Made by a program: the position numbers and the translations under genes
DNA from: an uncultured bacterium
Lineage (GTDB): Bacteria > Fidelibacterota > Marinisomatia > Marinisomatales > UBA1611
Assembly: GCA_943788175.1 (NCBI GenBank)
Contig: CALSPG010000005.1
Location: 64,001 to 128,000 of the forward strand
Direction of reading: 5' to 3'
DNA: 64,000 nucleotides
Notes under the pieces: generated by a model
Seen by the model: the letters and a program-made list of their open reading frames with translations, nothing else
The model's database searches: none
What the model was told of the DNA's origin: nothing
Shown: piece by piece, positions 7,948 through 17,666 of the stretch
Numbering within the stretch: position 1 is the stretch's first letter
How the letters are laid out: the number at the start of each line of letters is the position of its first letter

Positions 7948-8910
7948 ATGGAAACAATTGTATCTGAGTCTATAACCGCTCGCCTAATTACTGATAAGCC
8001 AATCAGGAAGACTCCTTATCAAGTTAAGGGCGTCTTTATGAAACAATTCCCTGACGAAAAAATTGTCCCTTTTCTTGATGGGCGATTGAGGAGTAAATAT
8101 TTATACCCTCGAGTCCAGGTTAAAATAATTAACGAACAAATTTATATTTTAGGTATAAATGAAGGTGTCCAATCTGTTATATCGCTTTTACAAAACTTAA
8201 AATCCTTTAGTTTTGGAGACCTTTTGATAAATATTGATAACGCAGAGGTGGAAAAAAATAAAGATTCGGTTTTATTAACAGATAATTTTCTAAGGTATAA
8301 ATTTATAACCCCATGGGTTGCCTTAAATGCGGGTGGGGATAGTAAATACAAGCGCTTAGAGGATAATGAAAAGCTTCTCTTTTTAAACAAGTTACTTGGT
8401 CAAAATTTATTATTTTTATCAAAGGAACTAGGTTTAAACATTTCCACAAAAATTTTCACAAAAGTAGAAGTTGAAAGTCTTGAACCTGAGAAAGTAGATG
8501 AAAATGGTTGGAAATCATTTAAAGGAGAATTCAAGACAAACTTTATACTTCCTAGTTTCATTGGTTTTGGTAATGGAATAACTAGAGGATTTGGTTCGAT
8601 TTTTAGTTTGAATAATATAAATAATTTAGAGTTTAAAGATTCAAAAGAAACATCTGAGGATTATGTCAAAGAAGAAATTGATGCTGCTGATGCTACAATA
8701 TCATATGTGACTGTAGATGATGCGCCAATTATGTCCAGACGAAAGAAAAAGAAAAAGTTTAAAACAAAGAAAAAAACTCCTTACGCTAAGAGTAATTCAA
8801 GAAAAACTAAGTACAAAGAAAAAAATAATTCTATTAAAAAAGAAACTGATAGTGATGATGAATCTAGATTTAACTCTGAAGAATATCACAAAAAGCAACA
8901 TGATTTCTAA
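7948..8910 (+). CDS. Stand-alone Cas6b-like RAMP protein with charged C-terminal extension
   Basis: YLYPRVQVK, YKFITPWVALN and FKTNFILPSFIGFGNGITRGFGSI match Cas6b-family motifs, including the Cas6 signature GhGxxxxxGhG (residues 206-216). Confidence 0.8.
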   Translation: METIVSESITARLITDKPIRKTPYQVKGVFMKQFPDEKIVPFLDGRLRSKYLYPRVQVKIINEQIYILGINEGVQSVISLLQNLKSFSFGDLLINIDNAEVEKNKDSVLLTDNFLRYKFITPWVALNAGGDSKYKRLEDNEKLLFLNKLLGQNLLFLSKELGLNISTKIFTKVEVESLEPEKVDENGWKSFKGEFKTNFILPSFIGFGNGITRGFGSIFSLNNINNLEFKDSKETSEDYVKEEIDAADATISYVTVDDAPIMSRRKKKKKFKTKKKTPYAKSNSRKTKYKEKNNSIKKETDSDDESRFNSEEYHKKQHDF

Positions 8911-8935
8911 GAAACTTGATAAAAAAATATAGCTT

Positions 8936-10129
8936 ATGAGTATAGCAGAGAGAGTAAATAAAATAAACCCTTCGTTTACTTTGCAAATGGCGACAAAGGC
9001 TGCAGAAATGAGGTCGAAGGGTCTCGACGTTATAAACTTTTCAGTTGGGGAGCCTGATTTTAATACTCCAAAACATATTCGTGATGCAGCGAAAAAAGCT
9101 TTAGATCAGGGTTACACAAAATATACTGCTGGGCCGGGAATGATTGAACTCAGAGAAGCAATTTGTGAAAAACTTAAGAGAGAAAATAAAATATCATATG
9201 ACCCTTCTGACATTCTCGTTTCAAATGGCGAGAAGCAAAGCTTGTATAATGCTTGTCAAGCTATCTTTAATCCTTCAGATAGTGTAATTGTATTTTCACC
9301 TTACTGGGTCTCTTTTCCTGAATTTGTAAAAATGGCAGATGCTGAACCAGTTTTAGTAAATACGCTTTCGGAAAGTAATTTTGAACCAGATTTTGAAGAC
9401 CTTGAAGCGAAGATAGATCCTTCTATTAAGGGAGTTATCATTAATTCGCCATCAAATCCTACCGGAGGAGTATGGAGAAATGAGGCTATCGTTAAATTAT
9501 TAAAATTGGCTAAAAAACATGGTTGGATTGTAATATCTGATGAGTGTTATGAAAGGTTGGTTTATGATGGTACTTTTACTAGTGCTGAAAAATTAAACCA
9601 AACTCATGATATTGGTGCTACGGTTCTAACGTGTATGAGTTTATCTAAAACATACGCAATGACTGGTTGGCGAATCGGTTATAGTGCTGGTCCTAAAGAT
9701 ATTATAAAAGCCATGTCAAAAATTCAAGGCCAAGCTACTTCTTGTGCTAATTCAATAGGGCAAAAAGCAAGTATAGAAGCATTAATTGGTAACCAAACTT
9801 GTGTTGAAGATATGAAGAGCTTGTTTCTAAAAAGAAGAGATTTAATTGTAGAGCTTTTGAATGATTTGCCTGGAGTGAAGTGTGCAACTCCAAAAGGAGC
9901 ATTCTATGTTTTTCCTGATTTTAGTTCTTATTTAAACCAAAAGGCCAATGGAAAATTATTAAAAGATACTTTTGATATTTCAGGGTATATTCTTGATTCT
10001 GTAAAGGTAGTTACAGTTCCAGGAGATGGTTTTGGTGCTCGGGGGCATATAAGGTTTTCATATGCAACAAACAGGAAAATAATTCAAGAGGGAATGACTC
10101 GTGTTAAAAAAGCCCTCGAAATGATTTAG
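8936..10129 (+). CDS. PLP-dependent class I/II aminotransferase (aspartate aminotransferase-like)
   Basis: GEPDF, NSPSNPTG, SDECY and SLSKTYAMTGWRIG (PLP lysine) motifs. Confidence 0.93.
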   Translation: MSIAERVNKINPSFTLQMATKAAEMRSKGLDVINFSVGEPDFNTPKHIRDAAKKALDQGYTKYTAGPGMIELREAICEKLKRENKISYDPSDILVSNGEKQSLYNACQAIFNPSDSVIVFSPYWVSFPEFVKMADAEPVLVNTLSESNFEPDFEDLEAKIDPSIKGVIINSPSNPTGGVWRNEAIVKLLKLAKKHGWIVISDECYERLVYDGTFTSAEKLNQTHDIGATVLTCMSLSKTYAMTGWRIGYSAGPKDIIKAMSKIQGQATSCANSIGQKASIEALIGNQTCVEDMKSLFLKRRDLIVELLNDLPGVKCATPKGAFYVFPDFSSYLNQKANGKLLKDTFDISGYILDSVKVVTVPGDGFGARGHIRFSYATNRKIIQEGMTRVKKALEMI

Positions 10130-10138
10130 GAGTAAAAA

Positions 10139-10387
10139 ATGAAAAAAAATATACATCCAGAAAATTACAGACTAGTAGTCTTTAAAGATACGTCATGTGA
10201 TTATTCGTTTTTGACAAAATCTACGATTGAAACGAAAGACACAGTAGTATGGGATGATGGGAATGAATATCCGCTATACAATATTGAAATTTCTAGCAAG
10301 TCACATCCTTTCTTCACAGGTAAACAAAATTTAGTGGATACTGCAGGAAGAATCGAAAAATTCCAAAAGAAATATAGTAAAAAGTAG
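10139..10387 (+). CDS. rpmE2: 50S ribosomal protein L31 type B (zinc-independent)
   Basis: MKKNIHP...[14 protein letters not shown]...GRIEKF; no CxxC pairs. Confidence 0.95.
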   Translation: MKKNIHPENYRLVVFKDTSCDYSFLTKSTIETKDTVVWDDGNEYPLYNIEISSKSHPFFTGKQNLVDTAGRIEKFQKKYSKK

Positions 10388-10401
10388 AAAAGCTAATTAT
10401 C

Positions 10402-10443
10402 AAAATAGCCCTACTAGACCTTGTGTCGAGTAGGGCTATTTTT
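10402..10443 (+). terminator. Intrinsic terminator after rpmE2 (potentially bidirectional)
   Basis: AAAATAGCCCTACT / AGTAGGGCTATTTT 14-bp inverted repeat plus an inner GAC/GTC stem and a T-run. Confidence 0.85.
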
Positions 10444-10448
10444 ATATA

Positions 10449-11417
10449 ATGAAAAGATTACTTTTACTTTTAACAATGAAGCCAAACATTCTCGTTGGTG
10501 GGCAAGCGGTTATCGAAGGTGTCATGATGAGAGTTCCAGGAGCATATTCAACCGCCGTTAGAGACCCAAAGGGCAATTTAAGATTAAAAAGAGAAAATTT
10601 TGCTTCAATAACCCAGAGTTCTACATTTTGGTCTAAGCCTATTATTAGAGGTATCGCTTCATTATATGAGGCTATGAAAATGGGGATGTCTACTTTGCAC
10701 TGGTCAGCAGATATTAGTTACCCTGAAGAAAGTAATAATGATAGTAATTTTTCTAAATTTTTAGATACTCTAACTACCTTTATTTCAATTTCCTTAGCAA
10801 TTTTATTATTCATGGTTTTGCCAATGTGGTTAACAACTCAATTGTTGAACATAGAAAAAGATGCAATCCTTTTCAACCTTTCTTCTGGTGCATTTCGAAT
10901 TTTATTTTTTATAATTTATTTATTTTTAATATCAAGAATAAAAGATGTTTCAAGATTATTTCAGTATCACGGTGCTGAACATAAGGTTGTATATAACTTC
11001 GAATCAGGAAAAGATATCTCAATAAAAAATGCACAATCATTCTCAACACTACACCCCCGGTGTGGAACTAGTTTTATGTTTATTGTTTTGCTATCAGCTA
11101 TTTTTGTTTTTGCTGCGGTTGATACAATAACTATTTATTTTTTTGGAAAAATTTCACTATCAATCAGATTACTATCGCATTTACCCTTAATTCCTCTTGT
11201 GTCTGGGGTTGGTTATGAATTAATAAAAATAACATCTAAAAGCGAAAGCATGATTTTTAGGATTTTAAAGAAGCCAGGTATTTTATTACAAAATATTACG
11301 ACAAGAGAACCTGATGATAAAATGGTCGAAGTTTCTATTGCTGCGATTAAAGATGCATTTGGCGATGAGTATGAAGAATATAGGGGTAAACAATTTACAG
11401 CAGAGGCTATAGAGTGA
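10449..11417 (+). CDS. DUF1385 (YqhQ-like) membrane protein
   Basis: [29 protein letters not shown] and TTREPD motifs; usual position between rpmE and prfA. Confidence 0.92.
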   Translation: MKRLLLLLTMKPNILVGGQAVIEGVMMRVPGAYSTAVRDPKGNLRLKRENFASITQSSTFWSKPIIRGIASLYEAMKMGMSTLHWSADISYPEESNNDSNFSKFLDTLTTFISISLAILLFMVLPMWLTTQLLNIEKDAILFNLSSGAFRILFFIIYLFLISRIKDVSRLFQYHGAEHKVVYNFESGKDISIKNAQSFSTLHPRCGTSFMFIVLLSAIFVFAAVDTITIYFFGKISLSIRLLSHLPLIPLVSGVGYELIKITSKSESMIFRILKKPGILLQNITTREPDDKMVEVSIAAIKDAFGDEYEEYRGKQFTAEAIE

Positions 11418-12481
11418 GAGATAAATTAGAATCAATTATTGAAAAATATAATTTTATCCAAGGACAAATGACCAATCAAGAGATTTTATCAAATCCTGAT
11501 AAATTAAAAGATCTAGCAAAAGAATATAAACAGCTCGAGCCAGTAGTTTTAATAGGAATTGAGTATATCAAGATTTTAGATCAAATAATTGATTGTGAAT
11601 CTTTAATTGACTCAGATGACCCTGAGTTAAAAGAAATGGCAATCGAAGACCTAGCTTCAAACAAGAAAATGAAAGCAGATATTGAAGAAGATTTAAAAAT
11701 CAAATTAATACCTAAGGACCCTTTAGATAATAAAAATATAATTTTAGAAATTAGAGCAGGGACAGGCGGTGATGAAGCTGCTTTATTTGCAGCAGATTTA
11801 TTTCGGATGTATTCTCATTTTTCTGAAAAATATAATTGGGAAAAAGAGCTAATAGCATCAAATGAAATTGGAATTGGTGGTTTCAAGGAAGTAATTATTG
11901 GTTTAAAAGGGAAGGGGGCATACGGTATGTTAAAGTATGAAAGTGGCGTCCATCGCGTTCAGCGCGTTCCAGAGACTGAAACTGGAGGAAGAGTCCACAC
12001 ATCTGCTGCTACTGTAGCAGTTTTACCTGAGGCTGAAGAGGTAGATGTTGAAATTAATGATATAGATTTAAAGATTGATACATATAGAGCTAGTGGTGCT
12101 GGAGGTCAGCATGTGAATAAAACAGAATCTGCTATACGGATTACCCATATTCCTACTGGGCTTGTTGTTACTTGTCAGGATGAGTCATCACAACATAAAA
12201 ATAGAGCTTCTGCCTTAAAAGTTTTAAGGTCGAGGTTATTGGCTGACCAAAAACAAAAAGTAGATGCTGAAAGAGCGGCTGAGAGAAAAAGTCTTGTTTC
12301 AACAGGAGACAGGTCTGCAAAAATAAGAACATATAATTTTCCACAAGGTAGGATTACAGACCACCGTATAAACTTTACATCTTATAGATTATCAGAAGCT
12401 ATGAATGGTGATCTTGAAGAAATTATTGAAAAGCTTAAAGTCGCGGAGCAGCAAGATATTTTATCTTCTGAAATAAGTTAA
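11414..12481 (+). CDS. prfA: Peptide chain release factor 1
   Basis: GGQ motif, PET anticodon-mimic (VPETE), [11 protein letters not shown]. Confidence 0.98.
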   Translation: MRDKLESIIEKYNFIQGQMTNQEILSNPDKLKDLAKEYKQLEPVVLIGIEYIKILDQIIDCESLIDSDDPELKEMAIEDLASNKKMKADIEEDLKIKLIPKDPLDNKNIILEIRAGTGGDEAALFAADLFRMYSHFSEKYNWEKELIASNEIGIGGFKEVIIGLKGKGAYGMLKYESGVHRVQRVPETETGGRVHTSAATVAVLPEAEEVDVEINDIDLKIDTYRASGAGGQHVNKTESAIRITHIPTGLVVTCQDESSQHKNRASALKVLRSRLLADQKQKVDAERAAERKSLVSTGDRSAKIRTYNFPQGRITDHRINFTSYRLSEAMNGDLEEIIEKLKVAEQQDILSSEIS

Positions 12482-12511
12482 GAATAGATTTGCATATTTG
12501 ATTGTAAGATA

Positions 12512-13387
12512 TTGAATTCTCCTCAAAAAGTAACTAATAAAACGTGGCGAATAATCGATGTAATTAACTGGGGTGTAAAATACTTTCAAGAAAAGTCCTT
12601 TGAAAATCCAAGATTAGAGATAGAAATATTTTTACAGCACATTTTGGGGTATAAGAAAATAGATTTATATATAAATTTCGAAGAGGGAATTTCCAAAAAA
12701 AATCTTAAACAACTAAAGGAACTGGTAAAGAGGCGAGTTAAAAATGAGCCAATTCAATATATTACTGGTGTTTCAAATTTTTATGGTAGAAACTTTAATG
12801 TTAGTAAAAGTGTTTTAATCCCTCGTCCTGAAACAGAAATACTTATTAATGTATCTATAGATTATCTTTCATCAAAAAAAAACCCTTTAATAATTGATGT
12901 AGGTACTGGATCTGGCTGTATTGGTATTACTTTAGCAAAAGAATTGCCTTCATCTAATGTAATCGCGATAGATTCTTCGCAACAAGCACTTAATATTGCA
13001 AAAAAAAATTCTGAATTAATTGGTGTTGAAAATATAAAATTTATAAAACTAGATTTTTTATCTAAAAACCTTAGTTATGTAGCAGATGCTATAGTTTCTA
13101 ACCCGCCTTATATTCCTCAAAAAGATGTTCAATTTCTAATGAAGGACGTAAGAGAATTCGAGCCCCATAAAGCTCTCACTGACAATGCTGATGGATTAGA
13201 GTTTTATAGGGTTTTTGCAATTAAGCTTGATGTTATTCTCGAAAAAAGTGGCGCGTTAATTATCGAAGTAGGGCGAGGGCATCATCCAGAGGAGGTAAAA
13301 AAAATATTTAAAGGGTTTGGATACAATAATATTGAAATGATAGATGATTATAATAAAGATGTAAGGGTTTTAAAAATAATTAAATAA
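12512..13387 (+). CDS. prmC: Release factor glutamine methyltransferase
   Basis: LIPRPETE, DVGTGSGCI and SNPPY motifs; follows prfA. Confidence 0.95.
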   Translation: MNSPQKVTNKTWRIIDVINWGVKYFQEKSFENPRLEIEIFLQHILGYKKIDLYINFEEGISKKNLKQLKELVKRRVKNEPIQYITGVSNFYGRNFNVSKSVLIPRPETEILINVSIDYLSSKKNPLIIDVGTGSGCIGITLAKELPSSNVIAIDSSQQALNIAKKNSELIGVENIKFIKLDFLSKNLSYVADAIVSNPPYIPQKDVQFLMKDVREFEPHKALTDNADGLEFYRVFAIKLDVILEKSGALIIEVGRGHHPEEVKKIFKGFGYNNIEMIDDYNKDVRVLKIIK

Positions 13388-14226
13388 TGGGGAAAGTAGT
13401 TCCATATATAAAGATTGTTAGACCTTTGAATGTTATTTCAGGTGCCATAGCTATTGTGTTTTCAGCTCTCATTGTTGAATATCAAGGGCCAATTGAGTTA
13501 GTTCTATTGCCTGTGTTCGTTGTCGTTTTTTTTACAATAGGAGCAAACGTTCTGAACGATTATTATGATTTTGAAGTTGATAAAATTAATAGACCAGACA
13601 GAGCAATTATAACTGGAGAAGTGCCAAGAGTACATGCTTTATATATTTCAATTTTTTCGTTCATTATTGGAATATTAATAGCACTTCAATTGAACCAATT
13701 ATCTCAACTTATTTCGATTGGTATCTCTTTCCCGTTGTTAGTTCTTTATAACGCGAAGCTTAAAAATTATCCACTCATTGGGAATCTCGTTGTCGCTTTT
13801 ATTTTGGGTCTTTCTTTTATATACGCAGGGTCTGTATTTAATAACATTGAGCCTCTGATGGTCCCTGCCTTATTAGCCTTTGGACTAACTCTTATTAGAG
13901 AAATTGTAAAAGACATTGCAGATATAGAGGGTGATCAAGCTATTAACTCTAAAACTCTTCCTATTGTTCTGGGTAAGATCAAATCAATAAAACTATGCGC
14001 TTTTCTTTCACTAATCTTAGGCATTTGTGCTTTTATGTTGTTTGTAATTGGATATTATAATTTTTATTATGGTTTATTCCTTATCATGACTGTTGAGATT
14101 CCATTAGCAGTGGTTGTAATTTCTTTAATAAATAAACCGACTATAGAGACAGCTAAAAGAGGGGCAAAATTATTAAAAATTTGTACCCTTGGAGGTTTAT
14201 TTTCCATTTACATAGGGACAATATAA
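13387..14226 (+). CDS. UbiA-family prenyltransferase, DGGGP-synthase-like subfamily
   Basis: RPLN, NDYYDFEVDKINRPDR, YNAKLK, GNLVVA and REIVKDIADIEGD motifs; multiple TM helices. Confidence 0.8.
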   Translation: MGKVVPYIKIVRPLNVISGAIAIVFSALIVEYQGPIELVLLPVFVVVFFTIGANVLNDYYDFEVDKINRPDRAIITGEVPRVHALYISIFSFIIGILIALQLNQLSQLISIGISFPLLVLYNAKLKNYPLIGNLVVAFILGLSFIYAGSVFNNIEPLMVPALLAFGLTLIREIVKDIADIEGDQAINSKTLPIVLGKIKSIKLCAFLSLILGICAFMLFVIGYYNFYYGLFLIMTVEIPLAVVVISLINKPTIETAKRGAKLLKICTLGGLFSIYIGTI

Positions 14227-17200
14227 TGACTTCAGAGTTTGTACATCTTCATAATCATTCTGACTATAGCCTCCTTGATGGTGCTCAGCAAGTGCAGCAG
14301 CTAGTAAACACTATAGATGATTTAAACATGGATAGTTTGGCTCTTACTGAACATGGTAATATGTTTAGTGTTGTCCCTTTTTATCAAAAAGCAAAAAAGG
14401 CAGGAATCAGTCCAATTATTGGTTGCGAAACCTATGTGGCCGTTGGTAGTAGACACGATAAGAAACTACAACCAGGCGGTGGATGGGGTAATAACCATTT
14501 AATATTACTAGTTCAAAATCAAATAGGTTATGAAAACCTTATGAAATTGGTAACAGCTGGATATCTTGAGGGCTTTTATTATCGTCCTCGAATTGATATG
14601 GATCTCTTAGAAAAACATAGCGAAGGACTGGTCTGTCTATCTGGGTGTTTGAAAGGTGAAATTCCAGAAAAAATGTTAAATGGTGATTACAATGGTGCAA
14701 GAGATGCAGCCTTAAAATATTCAGAGATATTTTCTGATCGTTTTTATTTAGAGGTTCAAAATCATGGAATTCCAGAAGAAATAGCCAATATTGAAAATAT
14801 GAAAAAATTAGCTCATGATCTTTCTCTGCCACTTGTTTGTACTAACGATGCTCATTATTCTAAGAAAGAGCATTCAGAGGCGCATGACATTCATATATGT
14901 CTCGGTACTGGGAAAAATAGAGATGACCCTAACAGGTTAAGGTACGCAACACCAGAATTTTATTTTAAGACACAAGATGAAATGCATAAACTTTTCAAAG
15001 ATGTTCCAGGTGCAATCGAGAACACTAGAAAAATTGAAGAGAGCATAGATTTTAAAATCACTACAGGTGTTTACCACTTACCTAATTTCCCAATTCCTGA
15101 ACACGAAAGTGATCCTGACCCAGATATTTATTTGAAAAAATTAGTCGTCAGCGGCGTAGAAAAACTTTACGCAGATATTACACCAAAGATTAATGATTTG
15201 ATAGATCATGAACTAAACGTCATCAAAAACATGGGTTTTGCTGGTTATTTTTTAATTACGGCTGATTTTGTGCAGTATGCCAAGAATAAAAAAATCCCCG
15301 TTGGTCCAGGTAGAGGATCAGCAGCAGGGAGCTTAGTTTCCTACGCTCTAGGTATCACTGATATAGATCCAATCAAACATAATTTATTATTTGAGCGATT
15401 TCTAAATCCTGATAGGATTAGTATGCCTGATATTGATATTGATTTTTGCATTGAAAGAAGAGGAGAGGTAATTGATTATATTAAAAATCAATATGGTGAA
15501 AGATCTGTATCTCAAATAATTACTTTTGGTTCAATGAAAGCAAAACAAGTAATCAGAGATGTCGGAAGAGTAATGGGTTACACTTTCAGTGAAGTTGATC
15601 GTTTAGCTAAAGCAATTCCCGATGAATTAAATATAACATTAGAAAGTGCAATTAAAAAAAGTCCTGAATTCAGAAAAATGTCTGAAAATGAGTTTAAGGA
15701 ATTAATTGAACACTCGCTAATTCTTGAAGGAATGAATAGACATGCTTCAATTCATGCTGCTGGAGTCGTAATTGCACCAGGTGATTTGACAAATTATGTA
15801 CCGCTTTACAAGTCTTCCTCTGGTGATGTTACAACACAATATGATATGAAAGGATTAGAAGACTTAGGCCTCCTCAAATTAGATTTTTTAGGGCTTCGAA
15901 ATTTAACTGTAATTAATAAAGCGCTTGATTTGATTGAGTTAAAAGGTGATCGAATTGAAATCGAAAAAGTTTCTATGGAAGAGCCCGAAGTTTATAAATT
16001 ATTTGCAAATGGATTAACGATTGGTGTTTTTCAATTTGAATCATCTGGCATGCGTGAATTTTTAAAGAAGTTGAAACCCACCGCTATTGGTGATTTGATT
16101 GCGATGAATGCTCTTTACAGGCCTGGGCCAATGAATAACATTGACAATTTTATCTCTAGGAAACAGGGTAATAAAAAAATAGAGTACCCTCACCCCTCTT
16201 TGGTCCCAATATTAGAAGAAACTTATGGTATCATTGTTTATCAAGAACAGGTTATGCAGATAGCGCACGACATTGCTGGGTTTTCATTATCTGAGGCAGA
16301 TATTATGAGGCGTGCGATGGGTAAAAAAGATAAAAAATTAATGGATGAACTTTCATTAAAGTTTGTATCAGGAGCTCAGAAAAATGAAATTTCTAAAAAG
16401 AAAGCTGAGGAGATATATGCTTTAATAGAAAAATTTGCGCAATATGGTTTCAATAAAAGTCATTCAACTGCTTATGCTTATATAGCATATCAAACGGCAT
16501 GGTTAAAAACATATCATGCTCCAGAGTTTATGTCTGCTAACCTAACCAGTGAAATGTCTACCATAGATAGAATTGTTACGTTAATTAACGAATGTAAAAA
16601 GTTAAAAATTGAAGTTAAATCTCCAGATGTTAATGTATCTTATACACAATTTTTCCCAGTTGATGAGAATACTATCTCATATGGACTCAATGCAATCAAA
16701 AATGTTGGTGAAAAAGCATTACAAAGTATCATTGAAAATCGAGAAGAGGAGGGCTCTTTTAAATCTATATTTGATTTTTGTTCGAGGATTGATCAACAAA
16801 AAGTTAATAAACGAGTATTAGAAAGCTTGATTAAATCTGGGGCAATGGACTCATTGTCTGGAACTAGAGCACAGAATTTTGATGCAGTGGATACTGCAAT
16901 TAAATATGGTCAGCAGCTTCAAAACGCAGGCAACAAAAACCAAGTGGACCTTTTTTCTACGGGAGAGAATCAAAGCTCGCTCATTAAAGTTCCAGATTTA
17001 AAAGATATTGAGGATTGGAATGAAAAAAAATCACTAACTCATGAAAAAGAAGTATTGGGGATGTATGTATCAGGGCATCCTTTGTTAGAACATGCTGATG
17101 ATGTTGAAGAATTTACATCTGTAGACTTTTCAGATAGTCTCACGCTTAAAAAAAATGAAATTGTTACTGTAGGTGGTATGGTAACAAAAATAACAAAAAA

Positions 17201-17666
17201 ATATGATAGGCGAAATCGTGCCATGGCATTTTTTGAAATGGATTGTTTTGGTGGGAATGTAGAGGTAATTGCATTTTCAGATTGTTTCGAACAATATGAA
17301 GATTTAATTGAAGAAGATGCAGTTATATTTATTAATGGAAAAATGGCGGATGACACTAACTTTTCTGATTTAAAAGTAATGGCAGACACAATAGTCTCCG
17401 TTGAAAACGCCAGAGAATATTTCTCTAGAAAACTGGTAATTAATCTTAAATCTCAAAATATTTCGCCAGAAGATGTTGAAGACCTTTATGAGTTCTCTAA
17501 GAGGTTCCCAGGAGAATGCAATTTACTTTTTCATTTGTCAAATCCAAATCCTGCTATTAGTAAACCAGTAACTGTATTAGCCCATAATATTAAAGTGTCT
17601 ACAGATAAAAATTTTATTAGACAGTTACGTGATAAATACGGAAAAGAAAATATTCGAGTAGAATGA
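14226..17666 (+). CDS. dnaE: DNA polymerase III alpha subunit
   Basis: Start is ATG at 14226 (TAATG overlap). PHP domain HLHNHSDYSLLDG, GRGSAAGS, PDIDIDF, clamp-binding QVDLF. Confidence 0.98.
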   Translation: MTSEFVHLHNHSDYSLLDGAQQVQQLVNTIDDLNMDSLALTEHGNMFSVVPFYQKAKKAGISPIIGCETYVAVGSRHDKKLQPGGGWGNNHLILLVQNQIGYENLMKLVTAGYLEGFYYRPRIDMDLLEKHSEGLVCLSGCLKGEIPEKMLNGDYNGARDAALKYSEIFSDRFYLEVQNHGIPEEIANIENMKKLAHDLSLPLVCTNDAHYSKKEHSEAHDIHICLGTGKNRDDPNRLRYATPEFYFKTQDEMHKLFKDVPGAIENTRKIEESIDFKITTGVYHLPNFPIPEHESDPDPDIYLKKLVVSGVEKLYADITPKINDLIDHELNVIKNMGFAGYFLITADFVQYAKNKKIPVGPGRGSAAGSLVSYALGITDIDPIKHNLLFERFLNPDRISMPDIDIDFCIERRGEVIDYIKNQYGERSVSQIITFGSMKAKQVIRDVGRVMGYTFSEVDRLAKAIPDELNITLESAIKKSPEFRKMSENEFKELIEHSLILEGMNRHASIHAAGVVIAPGDLTNYVPLYKSSSGDVTTQYDMKGLEDLGLLKLDFLGLRNLTVINKALDLIELKGDRIEIEKVSMEEPEVYKLFANGLTIGVFQFESSGMREFLKKLKPTAIGDLIAMNALYRPGPMNNIDNFISRKQGNKKIEYPHPSLVPILEETYGIIVYQEQVMQIAHDIAGFSLSEADIMRRAMGKKDKKLMDELSLKFVSGAQKNEISKKKAEEIYALIEKFAQYGFNKSHSTAYAYIAYQTAWLKTYHAPEFMSANLTSEMSTIDRIVTLINECKKLKIEVKSPDVNVSYTQFFPVDENTISYGLNAIKNVGEKALQSIIENREEEGSFKSIFDFCSRIDQQKVNKRVLESLIKSGAMDSLSGTRAQNFDAVDTAIKYGQQLQNAGNKNQVDLFSTGENQSSLIKVPDLKDIEDWNEKKSLTHEKEVLGMYVSGHPLLEHADDVEEFTSVDFSDSLTLKKNEIVTVGGMVTKITKKYDRRNRAMAFFEMDCFGGNVEVIAFSDCFEQYEDLIEEDAVIFINGKMADDTNFSDLKVMADTIVSVENAREYFSRKLVINLKSQNISPEDVEDLYEFSKRFPGECNLLFHLSNPNPAISKPVTVLAHNIKVSTDKNFIRQLRDKYGKENIRVE

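Noticed and set aside
8717-8932. 71-aa Lys-rich ORF overlapping the tail of the Cas6-like gene
   Set aside because: Alternative-frame product of A-rich sequence; no SD; the main frame ends in a more protein-like motif.
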